In this document: positions 10,175 to 21,125 of the stretch, piece by piece
Layout: each line of letters starts with the position of its first letter
Position numbering within the stretch: the first letter of the stretch is position 1
Source of the DNA: an uncultured Draconibacterium sp.
GTDB lineage: Bacteria; Bacteroidota; Bacteroidia; Bacteroidales; FEN-979
Reading direction: 5' to 3'
Assembly: GCA_964628215.1 (NCBI GenBank)
Contig: CAZVNF010000003.1
Span: 1-54,322 of the forward strand
Length of the DNA stretch: 54,322 bases
Position numbers and translations under genes: made by a program
Notes under the pieces: model-generated
Seen by the model: the letters and a program-made list of their open reading frames with translations, nothing else
What the model was told of the DNA's origin: nothing
Database searches by the model: none

Positions 10175-12121
10175 ATGAAAACATTCAACCTCTTCATTTT
10201 GTTGCTTTTTTTTTCAGTTGCACAAAATGGTTATTCCTTTCCTGGATTTATAAAACCTTCTGATACAGCCCATTATTACACAAAACATAGTTTTGATGTG
10301 CTAAAATACAGGCTCGATGTTGACTTGTATGCAAATTATAAGGCCCCATACCCCAAAACATTTACTGCCAATGTTGTCGTTATCTTCAGGGTTGATTCAA
10401 CCTTGAATTCGATACAGTTAAACGCAAATACCCAGTCTTTGGCAATTGACTCAGTCAGTTTGTCAGGTACCTCATTTACTCACCAGTCAAACCTGCTGAA
10501 AATTCAGCTTGACAGGACCTACCAGCCCGGGGAGGTTGCCCAGGTAAAGATAAATTACCGGCATAAAAATGCCAACGACTATGGATTTTTTGCGACTTCC
10601 GGTTTTGTTTTTACTGATTCTCCTCCTGAAGGAGCCAGGAAATGGATGCCATGCTGGGATCGACCTTCTGACAAAGTAAACTGGGAATTGATTGCACGGG
10701 TTCCGCTTTCCGTAAGACTGGGCTCAACCGGCATTTTGGCTGATTCTGTTGTTTCCGCCGATACGATCAGTTATCACTGGATAAGCAATATACCTGTATC
10801 AACCTACCTGATAACCCTGACATCCAGTGTGAATTTCCAGGTTCACACCAGGTATTGGCACAAATTTTCCAATCCTGCTGACAGCATCCCTGTCAGAATT
10901 TACTATAAGGCAGGTGAAAATCTTTCAATTATTGACAGTTCAATTATTCCAATGACCAATTTCTATTCTGAGAAGTTTGGGGATTATCCATTTGAAAAGA
11001 TTGGTTTTGCCACATTGAACGGATCTTTTCCCTGGGGCGGAATGGAAAACCAGAGTATGGTGAACCTCATGCCCGGAGGTTACAGTGATGAAGATCTCAT
11101 TGCCCATGAACATTCACATCAGTGGTTTGGTGATTTAATCACATGCGGCACCTGGGCCGATATCTGGCTGAATGAGGGCTTTGGTACCTATTGCCAGAAC
11201 TTATGGCTGGAGCATAAGTCAGGGCCGGAGGCTTACCGGACAAGTATGAATGAACTCGCAAGTTATTATCTGGCTCATAATCCCGGGTGGCCGCTTTATC
11301 ATCCTGAATGGGCCATCAACACTCCTACCGGCAATACGTTGTACAACCAGGCTGTTTCATACAATAAAGGGGCTTGCGTGCTTTTCCAATTAAGGTATGT
11401 TTTGGGTGACAGCCTGTTTTTTAAAGTAATGCATGATTATGCCACAGATACCAGCCTGATGTATAAGAATGCATATACCCATGATTTTGTTGAAATGGCC
11501 GGTAAATCATCCGGGCAAAATCTTGAATGGTTTTTCAATGAGTGGGTTTATAGCCCCAATCATCCCATTTACCAGAATACTTACGATTTTGACAGTATCG
11601 GGAAAGGTGCATGGCGTGTGTCGCTGATCCTTAATCAAACCCAGCCAAGTCCTGAATTCTTCAAGATGCCTGTTCAGATCATGGTCAGTTTTGATGATGG
11701 AACGGATACCCTTGTGCAGATCATGAATGATGTGAACCATCAGGAATTCGCTTTCGAATTTTCGAGACATCCCGTAAACCTGGTATTTGATCCATTCCGG
11801 AATATCCTGTTAAAGCAATCGGTGACTATCTATGGGATGAAGGACGAACCGGGGAAACAATTTTTCAAGTTGAATCAGAATCAGCCGAATCCCTTTAAAA
11901 AATCAACCCTGATTTCCTATGATATTGCCCGGGCAGGGAAAGTCCTTATTTCAATACTCGACAGCAGCGGAAAGGTTGTAAATTGTCCTGTTGACCAGTT
12001 TCATGAGCCCGGAAAGTACAGGTTTCAATGGGATAATCAGGGTTTTACACCCGGAATTTATTTTTTGAAAATGGATTCGGGAAACTTTTCAGAGACCAGG
12101 AAGATGGTTCTTGACAAATGA
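10175..12121 (+). CDS. M1 family metallopeptidase paralog with T9SS C-terminal sorting domain
   Basis: 648-aa ORF starting 4 nt after the previous stop. Motifs WGGMENQS and HEHSHQWFGDLITCGTWADIWLNE are present. The C-terminus LNQNQPNPF...PGIYFLKMDSG looks like a T9SS tail. Long blocks are shared with the upstream paralog. Confidence 0.9.
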   Translation: MKTFNLFILLLFFSVAQNGYSFPGFIKPSDTAHYYTKHSFDVLKYRLDVDLYANYKAPYPKTFTANVVVIFRVDSTLNSIQLNANTQSLAIDSVSLSGTSFTHQSNLLKIQLDRTYQPGEVAQVKINYRHKNANDYGFFATSGFVFTDSPPEGARKWMPCWDRPSDKVNWELIARVPLSVRLGSTGILADSVVSADTISYHWISNIPVSTYLITLTSSVNFQVHTRYWHKFSNPADSIPVRIYYKAGENLSIIDSSIIPMTNFYSEKFGDYPFEKIGFATLNGSFPWGGMENQSMVNLMPGGYSDEDLIAHEHSHQWFGDLITCGTWADIWLNEGFGTYCQNLWLEHKSGPEAYRTSMNELASYYLAHNPGWPLYHPEWAINTPTGNTLYNQAVSYNKGACVLFQLRYVLGDSLFFKVMHDYATDTSLMYKNAYTHDFVEMAGKSSGQNLEWFFNEWVYSPNHPIYQNTYDFDSIGKGAWRVSLILNQTQPSPEFFKMPVQIMVSFDDGTDTLVQIMNDVNHQEFAFEFSRHPVNLVFDPFRNILLKQSVTIYGMKDEPGKQFFKLNQNQPNPFKKSTLISYDIARAGKVLISILDSSGKVVNCPVDQFHEPGKYRFQWDNQGFTPGIYFLKMDSGNFSETRKMVLDK

Positions 12122-12126
12122 AGAGT

Positions 12127-14592
12127 TTATTTTTCGTAAACCAGGTTTACCGGGTTTTTCACCTGCTCTTTTAACAAAGCCAGATCAATAATTTCCTTCA
12201 TTTCATCTATATAGTGAAATTTAAGCCCCTGAATATATGAGGGTTTTATCTCTTCAATATCCTTTTTATTCTCTTTGGAAAGTACGATATCCGTGAGGTT
12301 TGCCCGTCGCGCCGCAAGCATTTTTTCTTTTATTCCTCCAACCGGCAACACCTTTCCGCGCAACGTGATTTCTCCTGTCATTGCCAGGCGTTCACGAACC
12401 TTGAATTGGGTAAATGCAGAGGCCAAAGCAGTAAACATGGTAATTCCGGCAGAAGGGCCATCTTTGGGAGTTGCTCCTTCAGGGACATGTATATGTACAC
12501 TCCAGTTCTGAAAAACGTTGGGATTGATACCGAATGCTTCAGAATGGGATTTAAGGTATGCAAGTGCAATAGATGCAGATTCTTTCATTACTTCGCCAAG
12601 GTTCCCGGTTAAAGTTAATTCACCTTTGCCCCTGCTCAGGCTGACTTCCACAAACAAGATCTCTCCTCCGGCCATGGTCCAGGCTAAGCCGGTAACCACA
12701 CCGGCCACCTCATTGGATATATATTTATCAGCCTGAAATATGGGAATACCCATAATCCGTTTCAATTCAGCAGCATCCAGTTTCTTATTGAACTTTTCAC
12801 TGGAAACGATCGCTTTCACTTTGCTGCGTATGACCTTGGCAATGCTTTTTTCGAGCATGCGGACACCCGATTCACGCGTATAATCCTCGATTATTTTAGT
12901 AATCAACTCATCGCTGAACTTAAGTTGATTTTTCTTGATGCCATGGTCCTGAAATTGTTTTGGCAGCAAGTGCCTTTTGGCGATTTCCACCTTTTCTTCC
13001 ACCAGGTAACCGGGTATATCAATAATTTCCATACGATCGCGCAAAGCCGGGTGAATGGTACTCAGCGTGTTCGCTGTGGCAATAAACATGATCCTCGAAA
13101 GATCATATTCTATTTCCAGGTAGTTGTCATAAAACGCATTATTCTGCTCAGGGTCAAGAACTTCCAGCAAGGCTGCCTGTGGGTCTCCATTGATGTTCAT
13201 TCCCATAACCTTGTCGATCTCATCGAGTACAAATACAGGGTTAGAACTTTTGGTTTTTTTAAGACTTTGCAATATCCGGCCAGGCATTGCACCTATATAT
13301 GTTTTCCTGTGGCCGCGCAGTTCAGATTCATCACGAAGCCCGCCCAGTGACATTCTGGTATATTTACGGCCAAGTGCCCTGGCAATACTTTTCCCAAGTG
13401 AAGTTTTTCCAACCCCGGGAGGGCCTACAAGGCATAATATGGGCGACTTCAGGTCGCGCTTTAGTTTGATCACAGCCAGATGTTCGATGATGCGGTCCTT
13501 TACTTTTTCGAGGCCGAAATGGTCTTCATCGAGAACCTGTTGTGCATGGTTAAGATCAAGATTATCAAGCGTATATTCGCCCCAAGGAAGCTGAACAAGG
13601 GTTTCGAGGTAATTGGTTTGAATAGAATATTCCGCGGCCATCGGGTGCATCCGCTGAAGTTTGTTTATCTCTTTTTCGAAGACTTCACTAACCTCTTTGG
13701 TCCATTTTTTATCTTTTGCCTGTTCACGCAGCGCATTTATTTCCTGTGAATTAGGGCTACCTCCAAGTTCCTCCTGGATGGTTTTTAACTGCTGGTTAAG
13801 CAAGAAATCACGTTGTTGCTTGTCAAGGTCAGTTTTTACCTTGTTCTGTATATGTTGTTTAAGATCAGCCACCTGAAGTTCTTTTGTCAAAAGTGTCAGA
13901 ACGAGATTGGCACATTCCGCCAAATCGGCAACTTCCAGCAGCTTTTGTTTCTCAACCAGGTCAACATTCAGGTTCGATGAAATAAAATGGACGAGAAAAG
14001 AGGGTGATTCAATATTCTTGATGGCAAATGCAGCTTCTGAGGGGATATTGGGAGATTTGGTTATGATCTGTATTGCCAGGTCTTTCAGGGAAGCAATGAG
14101 GGCATTGAATTCGCCATTGTCATTCGGGATAATAACCGGGGCTTCAAAAGCGGTAACAGAGGCCATGATATAAGGATCGGACTGAATCATTTCCTTTATT
14201 GCGAACCGGCGTTTTCCCTGTATAATGGCCGTATTACTGCCATCGGGCATCTGTAATATCTTGATGATATAGGCAACTGTTCCTATTTTATTGAGATCGT
14301 CGAATTCAGGATCCTCGATATTGGCATCCTTTTGGGCAACCACTCCAATAGTACGGCTTCCCTTGTAAAACTCCCGGATTAATTTGATCGATTTGTCACG
14401 GCCGACAGTAATCGGAATTACCACACCCGGAAAAAGAACTGTATTTCGCAGCGGAAGGATTGGAAGCACCTCAGGTACTTCCTCGGTATTCATTGCTTCT
14501 TCATCTTCTGAAGAGAGCAATGGAATGAATTCAGTTTCGGAATCAATTAAATCAGAAAAAAGCAGTGTATTAGGTCCCATCAGATTCTCCAT
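12127..14592 (-). CDS. lon: ATP-dependent Lon protease (endopeptidase La)
   Basis: 821-aa ORF with Walker [10 protein letters not shown], Walker [10 protein letters not shown] and the catalytic Ser motif PKDGPSAG. It has the LON N-domain plus AAA+ plus S16 protease layout. Confidence 0.95.
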   Translation of the reverse strand: MENLMGPNTLLFSDLIDSETEFIPLLSSEDEEAMNTEEVPEVLPILPLRNTVLFPGVVIPITVGRDKSIKLIREFYKGSRTIGVVAQKDANIEDPEFDDLNKIGTVAYIIKILQMPDGSNTAIIQGKRRFAIKEMIQSDPYIMASVTAFEAPVIIPNDNGEFNALIASLKDLAIQIITKSPNIPSEAAFAIKNIESPSFLVHFISSNLNVDLVEKQKLLEVADLAECANLVLTLLTKELQVADLKQHIQNKVKTDLDKQQRDFLLNQQLKTIQEELGGSPNSQEINALREQAKDKKWTKEVSEVFEKEINKLQRMHPMAAEYSIQTNYLETLVQLPWGEYTLDNLDLNHAQQVLDEDHFGLEKVKDRIIEHLAVIKLKRDLKSPILCLVGPPGVGKTSLGKSIARALGRKYTRMSLGGLRDESELRGHRKTYIGAMPGRILQSLKKTKSSNPVFVLDEIDKVMGMNINGDPQAALLEVLDPEQNNAFYDNYLEIEYDLSRIMFIATANTLSTIHPALRDRMEIIDIPGYLVEEKVEIAKRHLLPKQFQDHGIKKNQLKFSDELITKIIEDYTRESGVRMLEKSIAKVIRSKVKAIVSSEKFNKKLDAAELKRIMGIPIFQADKYISNEVAGVVTGLAWTMAGGEILFVEVSLSRGKGELTLTGNLGEVMKESASIALAYLKSHSEAFGINPNVFQNWSVHIHVPEGATPKDGPSAGITMFTALASAFTQFKVRERLAMTGEITLRGKVLPVGGIKEKMLAARRANLTDIVLSKENKKDIEEIKPSYIQGLKFHYIDEMKEIIDLALLKEQVKNPVNLVYEK

Positions 14593-14681
14593 AATTACAA
14601 TAAATCAAAATATCACTTACCCCGATTATTTTAGGGAATTGAGGGTGTGACAATAAATGTGCCAAGAACCGAAGGCAGTTT

Positions 14682-15872
14682 TTACAGGTATTTATTCTTG
14701 AGGGTCAGGTTATAAACGCTTGTGAGCAGGTTCCTTTCTATGTCATCAAAATTGCGCCGCCGGCGTTTAAAAACTATTTCTGCAACTTCCATTGCTTTTT
14801 TAATACTGTAATTGGTATGACCGGCAGTACCTCCCCAGGTAAAGGAGGCAATAAAATTTCTCTGGAATCCCGATCCGAATATATTGGCACTGACTCCAAC
14901 CACGGTACCAGTATTAAACATGGTGTTGATGGCACATTTGGAATGGTCGCCCATTATCAGTCCGCAGAATTGAAGGTGCGTATTGATAAATGTTTGTTTG
15001 CCATAACTCCACAGTCTGACGTTATCGTACGTATTTTTAAGGTTTGAAGTATTCGTATCAGCACCCAGGTTACACCACTCTCCGATTACTGAATGACCAA
15101 GAAACCCGTCATGGGCTTTGTTTGAGAAACCAAAAAGCACGGAATTGTTAACTTCACCGCCTACCCTGCAAAAAGGGCCAATTGTAGTGGGGCCATAAAT
15201 TTTTGCACACATTTTAACCTGGGCTCCTTCACAAAGTGCAAAAGGACCGCGGATCACAGCACCTTCCATGATTTCTGAATCCTTGCCGATATAGATCGGG
15301 CCGGTAGTGGCATTGAGAATGGCACATTCTACCCGGGCACCTTTTTCAACGAAAATATCTTCACCGCCCAATACCTTGTTTGTATCGCTCAGTTTTTGTG
15401 ATTTCCTGCCCCTGGTAAGCAGTAGGAAATCCTCTTTCAACGCTGCATCATTTTTTGAGAAAATTTCCCAGGTATGGTTAATTTTAATCGGTGCGTTGGT
15501 GATCTGAATTTCTTCAATACCTTCTGAAGAGGTATCTCCTACATTGTCCAGATCCTCAGCAGTGATATGCAGTGCAATAATTGTGTCGTTATAAACCACT
15601 GTCTGATTTGGCTTTAAATTCAGGATGGCTTCGACTATTTCATCATTCGGGCATATAGAACCATTTATGAGTACATTCTCGGCCATTTTTACAATGGGAA
15701 ATTTATCGCTGAGATATGCGTCAGTGAGAGATGAAGTTGGTGATTTCAAACGCTTTTCCCACTTTTCACGAATTGTAAGGATCCCAATTCTGATATCCGA
15801 AACAGTGCGGGTAAATGTCAGAGGCAGAAGGTTGGTTCTGACGATACTCTCATCAAAAAGTATATAATTCAT
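14682..15872 (-). CDS. GlmU-like sugar nucleotidyltransferase/acyltransferase with left-handed beta-helix
   Basis: 396-aa ORF. The C-terminal half contains hexapeptide-repeat stretches (IGKDSEIMEGAVIRGP, IGPFCRVGGEV, IGEWCNLGADTN). The N-terminal region looks like a nucleotidyltransferase. Confidence 0.6.
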   Translation of the reverse strand: MNYILFDESIVRTNLLPLTFTRTVSDIRIGILTIREKWEKRLKSPTSSLTDAYLSDKFPIVKMAENVLINGSICPNDEIVEAILNLKPNQTVVYNDTIIALHITAEDLDNVGDTSSEGIEEIQITNAPIKINHTWEIFSKNDAALKEDFLLLTRGRKSQKLSDTNKVLGGEDIFVEKGARVECAILNATTGPIYIGKDSEIMEGAVIRGPFALCEGAQVKMCAKIYGPTTIGPFCRVGGEVNNSVLFGFSNKAHDGFLGHSVIGEWCNLGADTNTSNLKNTYDNVRLWSYGKQTFINTHLQFCGLIMGDHSKCAINTMFNTGTVVGVSANIFGSGFQRNFIASFTWGGTAGHTNYSIKKAMEVAEIVFKRRRRNFDDIERNLLTSVYNLTLKNKYL

Positions 15873-15941
15873 TTTACAGCAGTATTAGTATAAAGCAAAT
15901 AACGGTGGTTCTTTCATGCAAAATTAGAAAATAAAACAAAT

Positions 15942-15975
15942 AAAAAAAGAGCCCCCGGATAAAAATGGAGGCTCT
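15942..15975 (-). terminator. rho-independent terminator after rpmE
   Basis: On the minus strand the stem is AGAGCCUCC ... GGGGGCUCU (9 bp including one G.U), followed by a U-run. It begins 22 nt downstream of the L31 stop. Confidence 0.7.
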
Positions 15976-15997
15976 TTCAAAATATTGTTGAACAGTC

Positions 15998-16270
15998 TTA
16001 TTTTGCTGCTGCGTTTCTGTCGATGTGTTTTTGATACCTGCTTTTAAACTTATCCACACGTCCGGCAGTGTCAACCAATTTCATTTTACCCGTATAGAAA
16101 GGATGTGAGGTGTGAGAAATTTCCAGTTTTATCAATGGATACTCAACCCCATCTTCCATCACGATGGTTTCTTTTGTTTTAACAGTTGATTTTGAAACGA
16201 AAGTGTATTCGTTCGACATATCTTTGAATACTACCAGTCTGTAATCTTTCGGATGAATATCTTTTTTCAT
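15998..16270 (-). CDS. rpmE: 50S ribosomal protein L31, type B (no CxxC zinc motif)
   Basis: The internal start [15 protein letters not shown]... gives a 90-aa L31 with HPFYTG and no Cys pairs. The 129-aa track ORF carries a non-homologous 39-aa N-terminal extension. Confidence 0.9.
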   Translation of the reverse strand: MKKDIHPKDYRLVVFKDMSNEYTFVSKSTVKTKETIVMEDGVEYPLIKLEISHTSHPFYTGKMKLVDTAGRVDKFKSRYQKHIDRNAAAK

Positions 16271-16340
16271 TGCAATGTGGTATTTTAATGAGGGTGCAAA
16301 AGTAATGATTATAAATTGATTTCCAAAGAAATTTTTCTTT

Positions 16341-17387
16341 TCAGGATAAAGAAAGTAAAAACTCCATGGTATCTGTTTGATCTGCATAATCCCACAATGC
16401 GGGAGTTTGCCCTTCTCCCGGATGCAAAGTATTGATTGGAAGCATCATATTACTTATAACACATTGAATTGAATCCCCGGCCTGCTGAATGCTTTCCACA
16501 ACATCAGTCAGATTTTCATAATATTCATAATGCAGCACTGCAATCCGGGAGGATATGGCTTTGTCTTCTTTGAGCAGCAGGTAACCGGTATCAGCAAAAG
16601 GAATCTGGCCTACCATGAAAATTGATTTGCTATAATCATAATTGTTGCAGTATTTGTGATGATGTATATAGCTGCCAAATTTATCAAGGGCTTTGTACAG
16701 TCGGGCGAAATCATACCCTGATGGCACATATATTTTTGAAATACTCCGGCACCCCATTCCAAAGAAAAGCATGATATCATCGGCCAGGTTTTGCAGATCG
16801 CTTTCAGTTTCAGTGCCATTCAGCACAGCGATGCTGTTCCTTGACTTTCGGATAATATGAGGGTATTTCCCAAAATAAAACTCAAAATACCGGGAGGTAT
16901 TTGTGTTGCCAGTTGCGATAATGGCATCGAATTCACCGAGTTTTCCGTCAGAAAAGAATATTGACTCATTCCATTCGGGTATTTGTTCTGCCAGGATGCC
17001 GGCCATGGCAGGCAAAAGCTGTTCATCAGATGAAGAAAGTTTTGCAACAAGCGTATTGCCTGAAATTAAAACACAGAGGAAATCATGAAATCCAACTGCC
17101 GGGATGTTTCCAGCCATTACAACACCTATTTTTTTGGGTATGGCTGTCCTTTTTAATTTAGTTTCATACAACGAGACCCATTTGCTCAGATTTTCAACTG
17201 TTAAAGACTTCCCGAGATTGTTCAAAGCGAGGCTGATAAAGGCTGGTGTAAACCAGGGATTAATAATGGAAGCCTTCCGGGAAGCGGCAACCAGGGATGT
17301 CAAATCAGCATCAGTTGAATTTTCCTGATATCTCCGCAACCTTTCTCCCAGGTTTTCAAATGATCTGATTCGGTCAGCGAGGGTCAT
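16341..17387 (-). CDS. LuxC-like acyl-CoA reductase family protein
   Basis: 348-aa ORF. The general pattern ([30 protein letters not shown]) recalls Bacteroidota proteins annotated as acyl-CoA reductase. This is called from memory of the family, not from a search. Confidence 0.5.
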   Translation of the reverse strand: MTLADRIRSFENLGERLRRYQENSTDADLTSLVAASRKASIINPWFTPAFISLALNNLGKSLTVENLSKWVSLYETKLKRTAIPKKIGVVMAGNIPAVGFHDFLCVLISGNTLVAKLSSSDEQLLPAMAGILAEQIPEWNESIFFSDGKLGEFDAIIATGNTNTSRYFEFYFGKYPHIIRKSRNSIAVLNGTETESDLQNLADDIMLFFGMGCRSISKIYVPSGYDFARLYKALDKFGSYIHHHKYCNNYDYSKSIFMVGQIPFADTGYLLLKEDKAISSRIAVLHYEYYENLTDVVESIQQAGDSIQCVISNMMLPINTLHPGEGQTPALWDYADQTDTMEFLLSLS

Positions 17388-17526
17388 ATTCTCTTTTTTG
17401 CAAATTTAACTCAATATTCTTTGGCATTGGTTTTACAAGGCATTTTTGTGTTTATTCGCAGAAACCCGTACGCTTTGTGCGTATCTTTGCCGCTCCTAGT
17501 GATTGACCTTAAATGCCGGGATTAAA

Positions 17527-18438
17527 ATGACTTTTAAACTTATTCTTTTCTCATTTATAGGGCTCCTGGTCCAGGGGAACTGGATCACTGTTGCAGGTCA
17601 GAGGTTCCAAAACATCAGCCAGGCAGAAGATACACTCCGTGTTATACTTGCTTCGGTAAATAATGCCCGGGACGACAGTTCAAAGTTTCAGTACAATCAA
17701 CTTTTTTCAGCGTGTATGATGGAGGCCCTGCAAATTCCTTCCACCGATGAATATCCGTTTGAATCGTTGAAAACCGTTGTTAAACTTACATCCCCTGATA
17801 AAATTTTTCGTATATTTCAATGGAATCTTCCAACCCGTGATGGAAAAAATTCCTACTATGGCTTTATTAAAATGCTTGGGCAGAATCAACCCGTTATCTA
17901 CCCTCTGATTGACCATTCCGGTTCTTTGCCCGAAGCTGATACGCTTACCCTCGACAACATGCACTGGCTCGGGGCCTTGTATTACAAAATAATACCAGAA
18001 GAAATACAACCAGGGAGGACAGTTTACACCTTGCTGGGCTGGGCAGGAAGAAATGCCAGAATTACACAAAAAGTGATTGAAATTCTTAGTTTCGATGATC
18101 AAAACAAGCCGCTTTTTGGGTTAAAGCTGTTTCCAAATTATCATGGGGGTGCTTTAACCAGGATCATTTTTCGTTTCGCAGCTTCCACTACCATGTCTTT
18201 AAAATATGAAAAACAAGAAATTGCCGTTGAAAAAAAATGGAACAGTAAAAAGCGTGTATTTGAACACACAATGGAAGAAACGCAATTGATTGTATGCGAC
18301 AGGATGGTGCCTCAGGATTCGCAGCTTGAAGGCCAGTATGAATTTTATATTGCGGCAGGCGACATATTTGACGGCTTTGTTTTTACCCATGGAAGCTGGA
18401 CATTTATTGAGGGTCTGGACGCAAAAAACAAAAAGTGA
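17527..18438 (+). CDS. secreted hypothetical protein
   Basis: The ATG at 17527 gives MTFKLILFSFIGLLVQG... (signal peptide), whereas the track start at 17503 is TTG. No motif recognised. Confidence 0.6.
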   Translation: MTFKLILFSFIGLLVQGNWITVAGQRFQNISQAEDTLRVILASVNNARDDSSKFQYNQLFSACMMEALQIPSTDEYPFESLKTVVKLTSPDKIFRIFQWNLPTRDGKNSYYGFIKMLGQNQPVIYPLIDHSGSLPEADTLTLDNMHWLGALYYKIIPEEIQPGRTVYTLLGWAGRNARITQKVIEILSFDDQNKPLFGLKLFPNYHGGALTRIIFRFAASTTMSLKYEKQEIAVEKKWNSKKRVFEHTMEETQLIVCDRMVPQDSQLEGQYEFYIAAGDIFDGFVFTHGSWTFIEGLDAKNKK

Positions 18439-18467
18439 TGCTTTTTTGTTATTTTTTAAAAAACTCA

Positions 18468-18475
18468 TAAATTTG
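18468..18475 (+). promoter_or_regulatory. candidate -7 promoter element (TAaaTTTG) for serC-serA
   Basis: Exact TAnnTTTG match 70 nt upstream of the serC ATG. Confidence 0.3.
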
Positions 18476-18544
18476 TTTACTTTGTTTTCTTAATATTGCA
18501 GTACTAAAATCCAATCTCGCAGATATAACTTAAACCTACAACCT

Positions 18545-19615
18545 ATGAAAAAGTACAATTTTAACGCGGGTCCTTCCATCCTTCCGCGCATTGCAGTTGA
18601 AAACTCGGCAAAGGCCGTACTGGAACTAAATGGTATTGGATTATCATTACTTGAAATTTCCCACCGAAGCAAGGACTTCCAGGCAATTCTTGATGAAACC
18701 GTTTCCTTATTTCACGAATTGCTAAGTATCCCGGCCGGATACCAGGTAATTTTCCTGGGTGGTGGTGCAAGTCTGCAGTTTTGCATGATCCCCTACAATT
18801 TTCTTAATAAGAAAGCCGCCTACCTGGAAACAGGTGTTTGGGCGCAAAAAGCGATAAAGGAAGCAAAATTTTTCGGAGAGGTAAATGTGGTCGGATCATC
18901 GGCGGATAAGAATTTCTGCTATATTCCAACCGGGTACTCCGTACCTGAAGATGCGGATTATTTCCATATCACCACGAACAACACGATTTATGGCTCTGAA
19001 ATCCGCACTGATATTGACAGCCCGGTGCCACTTATTGCTGATATGTCATCCGACATCCTCAGTCGCCCTGTTGATGTATCCAAATATGCCATGATCTATG
19101 GTGGTGCACAGAAAAACCTGGGCCCCGCCGGCGTTACTTTTGTGATTATTAAGGAAGAACTGCTGAGTAAGGTAGAGCGGAAAATCCCAACCATGCTCAG
19201 TTATGCCACACACATGAAGGAGCCTTCTCTTTATAACACCCCGCCTGTTTTTGCCATTTATACATGCCTTGAAACCTTGCGGTGGATTAAAAGCCTCGGA
19301 GGGATAAAGGCTATTGAAGCTATGAACATTAAAAAAGCCAATCTTTTATATGATGCCATTGACAACAGTAAAATGTTTGTTGGCACTGTTTCAAATGAAA
19401 GCAGGTCGTTGATGAATATCTGTTTTGTTATGAAGGATCAGTATAAAGACAAAGAAGATGCCTTCATGGAATTTGCAAAGACCAAGGGTATGATAGGGAT
19501 CAAGGGGCACAGGTCTGTTGGCGGCTTCCGGGCTTCAACCTACAACGCAATGCCCATAGAAAGTGTGCAGGCATTGGTGGATGCAATGAATGAATTCGAA
19601 AAAATTAACGCTTAA
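18545..19615 (+). CDS. serC: 3-phosphoserine/phosphohydroxythreonine aminotransferase
   Basis: 356-aa ORF with the [15 protein letters not shown]-terminus, GGGASLQF and [12 protein letters not shown] (PLP Lys), as in SerC. Confidence 0.92.
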   Translation: MKKYNFNAGPSILPRIAVENSAKAVLELNGIGLSLLEISHRSKDFQAILDETVSLFHELLSIPAGYQVIFLGGGASLQFCMIPYNFLNKKAAYLETGVWAQKAIKEAKFFGEVNVVGSSADKNFCYIPTGYSVPEDADYFHITTNNTIYGSEIRTDIDSPVPLIADMSSDILSRPVDVSKYAMIYGGAQKNLGPAGVTFVIIKEELLSKVERKIPTMLSYATHMKEPSLYNTPPVFAIYTCLETLRWIKSLGGIKAIEAMNIKKANLLYDAIDNSKMFVGTVSNESRSLMNICFVMKDQYKDKEDAFMEFAKTKGMIGIKGHRSVGGFRASTYNAMPIESVQALVDAMNEFEKINA

Positions 19616-19625
19616 AACCGATATT

Positions 19626-20549
19626 ATGACTAAGGTATTAGTGGCCACAGATAAACCATTTGCTCCCACAGCAGTAAAAGGAATCCGTAAAGTAGTTGAA
19701 GATGCTGGTTTTGAGCTCGCTCTTCTTGAGAATTACACCAGCCAGGATGACTTCATCCAGGCTGTTTCCGATGTTGACGCTGTTATTATCCGCAGCGATA
19801 AGGCCGACAAGGCGGTTATCGAAGCCGGCTCAAAACTAAAAATTATTGTAAGGGCGGGCGCCGGGTATGATAACATTGACCTGCAGGCCGCTACCGCCAA
19901 AGGGGTGGTAGCCATGAATACCCCGGGCCAGAATTCAAATGCAGTGGCTGAACTAGCCCTGGGTATGATGGTTTATTATGCGCGTGGTTTTTTCAATGGA
20001 AAGTCAGGAAGCGAACTGATGGGAAAAAAGCTGGGTATTCATGCCTATGGCTTTGTTGGTAAAAATGTTGCACGGATTGCCAAAGGATTTGGGATGGAAG
20101 TTTATGCATTCGACCCCTTCATCTCACGACAGGAAATTGAAAAGGACGGCGTAAAATGGATCGGTACTGTGGAAGAATTGTACAGTACCTGTCATTATAT
20201 ATCCCTGCATATCCCCGCCAACAGTCAGACAAAATTGTCTGTCAACTTCGCTTTGCTTGCCAGGATGCCCATTCCTGCATGTCTTGTGAATACTGCGAGA
20301 GCTGAAGTGATCCACGAGGCCGACCTGCTTAAGATGTTCCAGGAAAGAAAAGATTTTGCGTATCTTACGGATGTAGAACCAACCAATAAAGCTGATATTG
20401 AAGCTGGTTTCAAATCCAAGTTCTTCTGTACACCGAAAAAAATGGGGGCTCAAACGGAAGAGGCCAATATAAATGCAGGCATCGCAGCAGCAAAACAAAT
20501 CGTCAAATTTATCAAAGAAGGCGATAAAACCTTTCAGGTTAATAAGTGA
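19626..20549 (+). CDS. serA: D-3-phosphoglycerate dehydrogenase (short form, no ACT domain)
   Basis: The ATG at 19626 gives MTKVLVATDKPF.... D-isomer 2-hydroxyacid dehydrogenase motifs are present (RAGAGYDNIDL, NTPGQNSNAVAE, HIPAN, NTARAEV). Immediately downstream of serC. Confidence 0.85.
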   Translation: MTKVLVATDKPFAPTAVKGIRKVVEDAGFELALLENYTSQDDFIQAVSDVDAVIIRSDKADKAVIEAGSKLKIIVRAGAGYDNIDLQAATAKGVVAMNTPGQNSNAVAELALGMMVYYARGFFNGKSGSELMGKKLGIHAYGFVGKNVARIAKGFGMEVYAFDPFISRQEIEKDGVKWIGTVEELYSTCHYISLHIPANSQTKLSVNFALLARMPIPACLVNTARAEVIHEADLLKMFQERKDFAYLTDVEPTNKADIEAGFKSKFFCTPKKMGAQTEEANINAGIAAAKQIVKFIKEGDKTFQVNK

Positions 20550-20630
20550 TCCGTTGGTTTTTTTTTTACTATTATTGCACCGGGAATTTTGATCTGCATC
20601 AACTAATTTATTATTTAAAAGAGCTAAACC

Positions 20631-21056
20631 ATGGAAAACGAACATGAAAGACCGACTACATTCTTTAGGTTTGAAGATCTTAGAATCTACCATAAAGCTC
20701 TTGAATACGTCGATTGGGTGTATTTGATGGCCGGCGAAGCCAAGGACGACCACTTTATGAAATCGTTTTTCGAGCGGTTTCTGGTCTCGGCAAACGGAAT
20801 CGCTTTAAACATTGCAGAAGGATCTTCAAGGAATAAAAGCCAGTTTGTATATTACCTTAAAATGGCGAAAAGTTCTGTCAGAGAGTGTGTGGTTATCTCA
20901 ACGATAGCTCAAAATCGCGGCTTTATCAGCGACAATGCTTACGACGATTCTAAAAACCGCCTGATGGAGATGACTAAAATGATCGGGGCACTCATCGGAT
21001 CACTGCAACGCAGTGTTAAACCGGGAGAACTTGATGACGACGAAAGCCCGGACTAA
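20631..21056 (+). CDS. four-helix-bundle protein (23S rRNA intervening-sequence protein / Avd-like family)
   Basis: 141-aa ORF. FEDLRIYHKALEYV..., IALNIAEGSSR and ...YYLKMAKSSVREC are characteristic of the S23-IVS four-helix-bundle family. Confidence 0.8.
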   Translation: MENEHERPTTFFRFEDLRIYHKALEYVDWVYLMAGEAKDDHFMKSFFERFLVSANGIALNIAEGSSRNKSQFVYYLKMAKSSVRECVVISTIAQNRGFISDNAYDDSKNRLMEMTKMIGALIGSLQRSVKPGELDDDESPD

Positions 21057-21068
21057 TATCAACCAACC

Positions 21069-21089
21069 TCTCCCCTGCCGGGAGATTTT
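21069..21089 (+). terminator. candidate rho-independent terminator
   Basis: TCTCCC-ctgcc-GGGAGA stem-loop followed by TTTT, 13 nt after the stop of the four-helix-bundle gene. Confidence 0.5.
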
Positions 21090-21125
21090 CTGAACATATA
21101 CTAAACAATTACCAACCATTGTGCT

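Noticed and set aside
12925-13594. 141-aa and 134-aa plus-strand ORFs (and several shorter ones) inside lon
   Set aside because: They are antisense to an intact 821-aa Lon with all motifs, and no independent support exists.
16271-16387. N-terminal 39-aa extension of the L31 ORF (track ORF 15998-16387), which overlaps the acyl-CoA reductase gene's 3' end
   Set aside because: L31 homology begins at [10 protein letters not shown] (ATG at 16270). The extension is hydrophobic, shows no homology and would overlap the upstream gene.
20124-20753. 209-aa minus-strand ORF spanning the serA 3' end, the intergenic gap and the start of the four-helix-bundle gene
   Set aside because: It is antisense to two well-supported genes, has no recognisable motif and has an odd composition. 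It is probably a shadow ORF.
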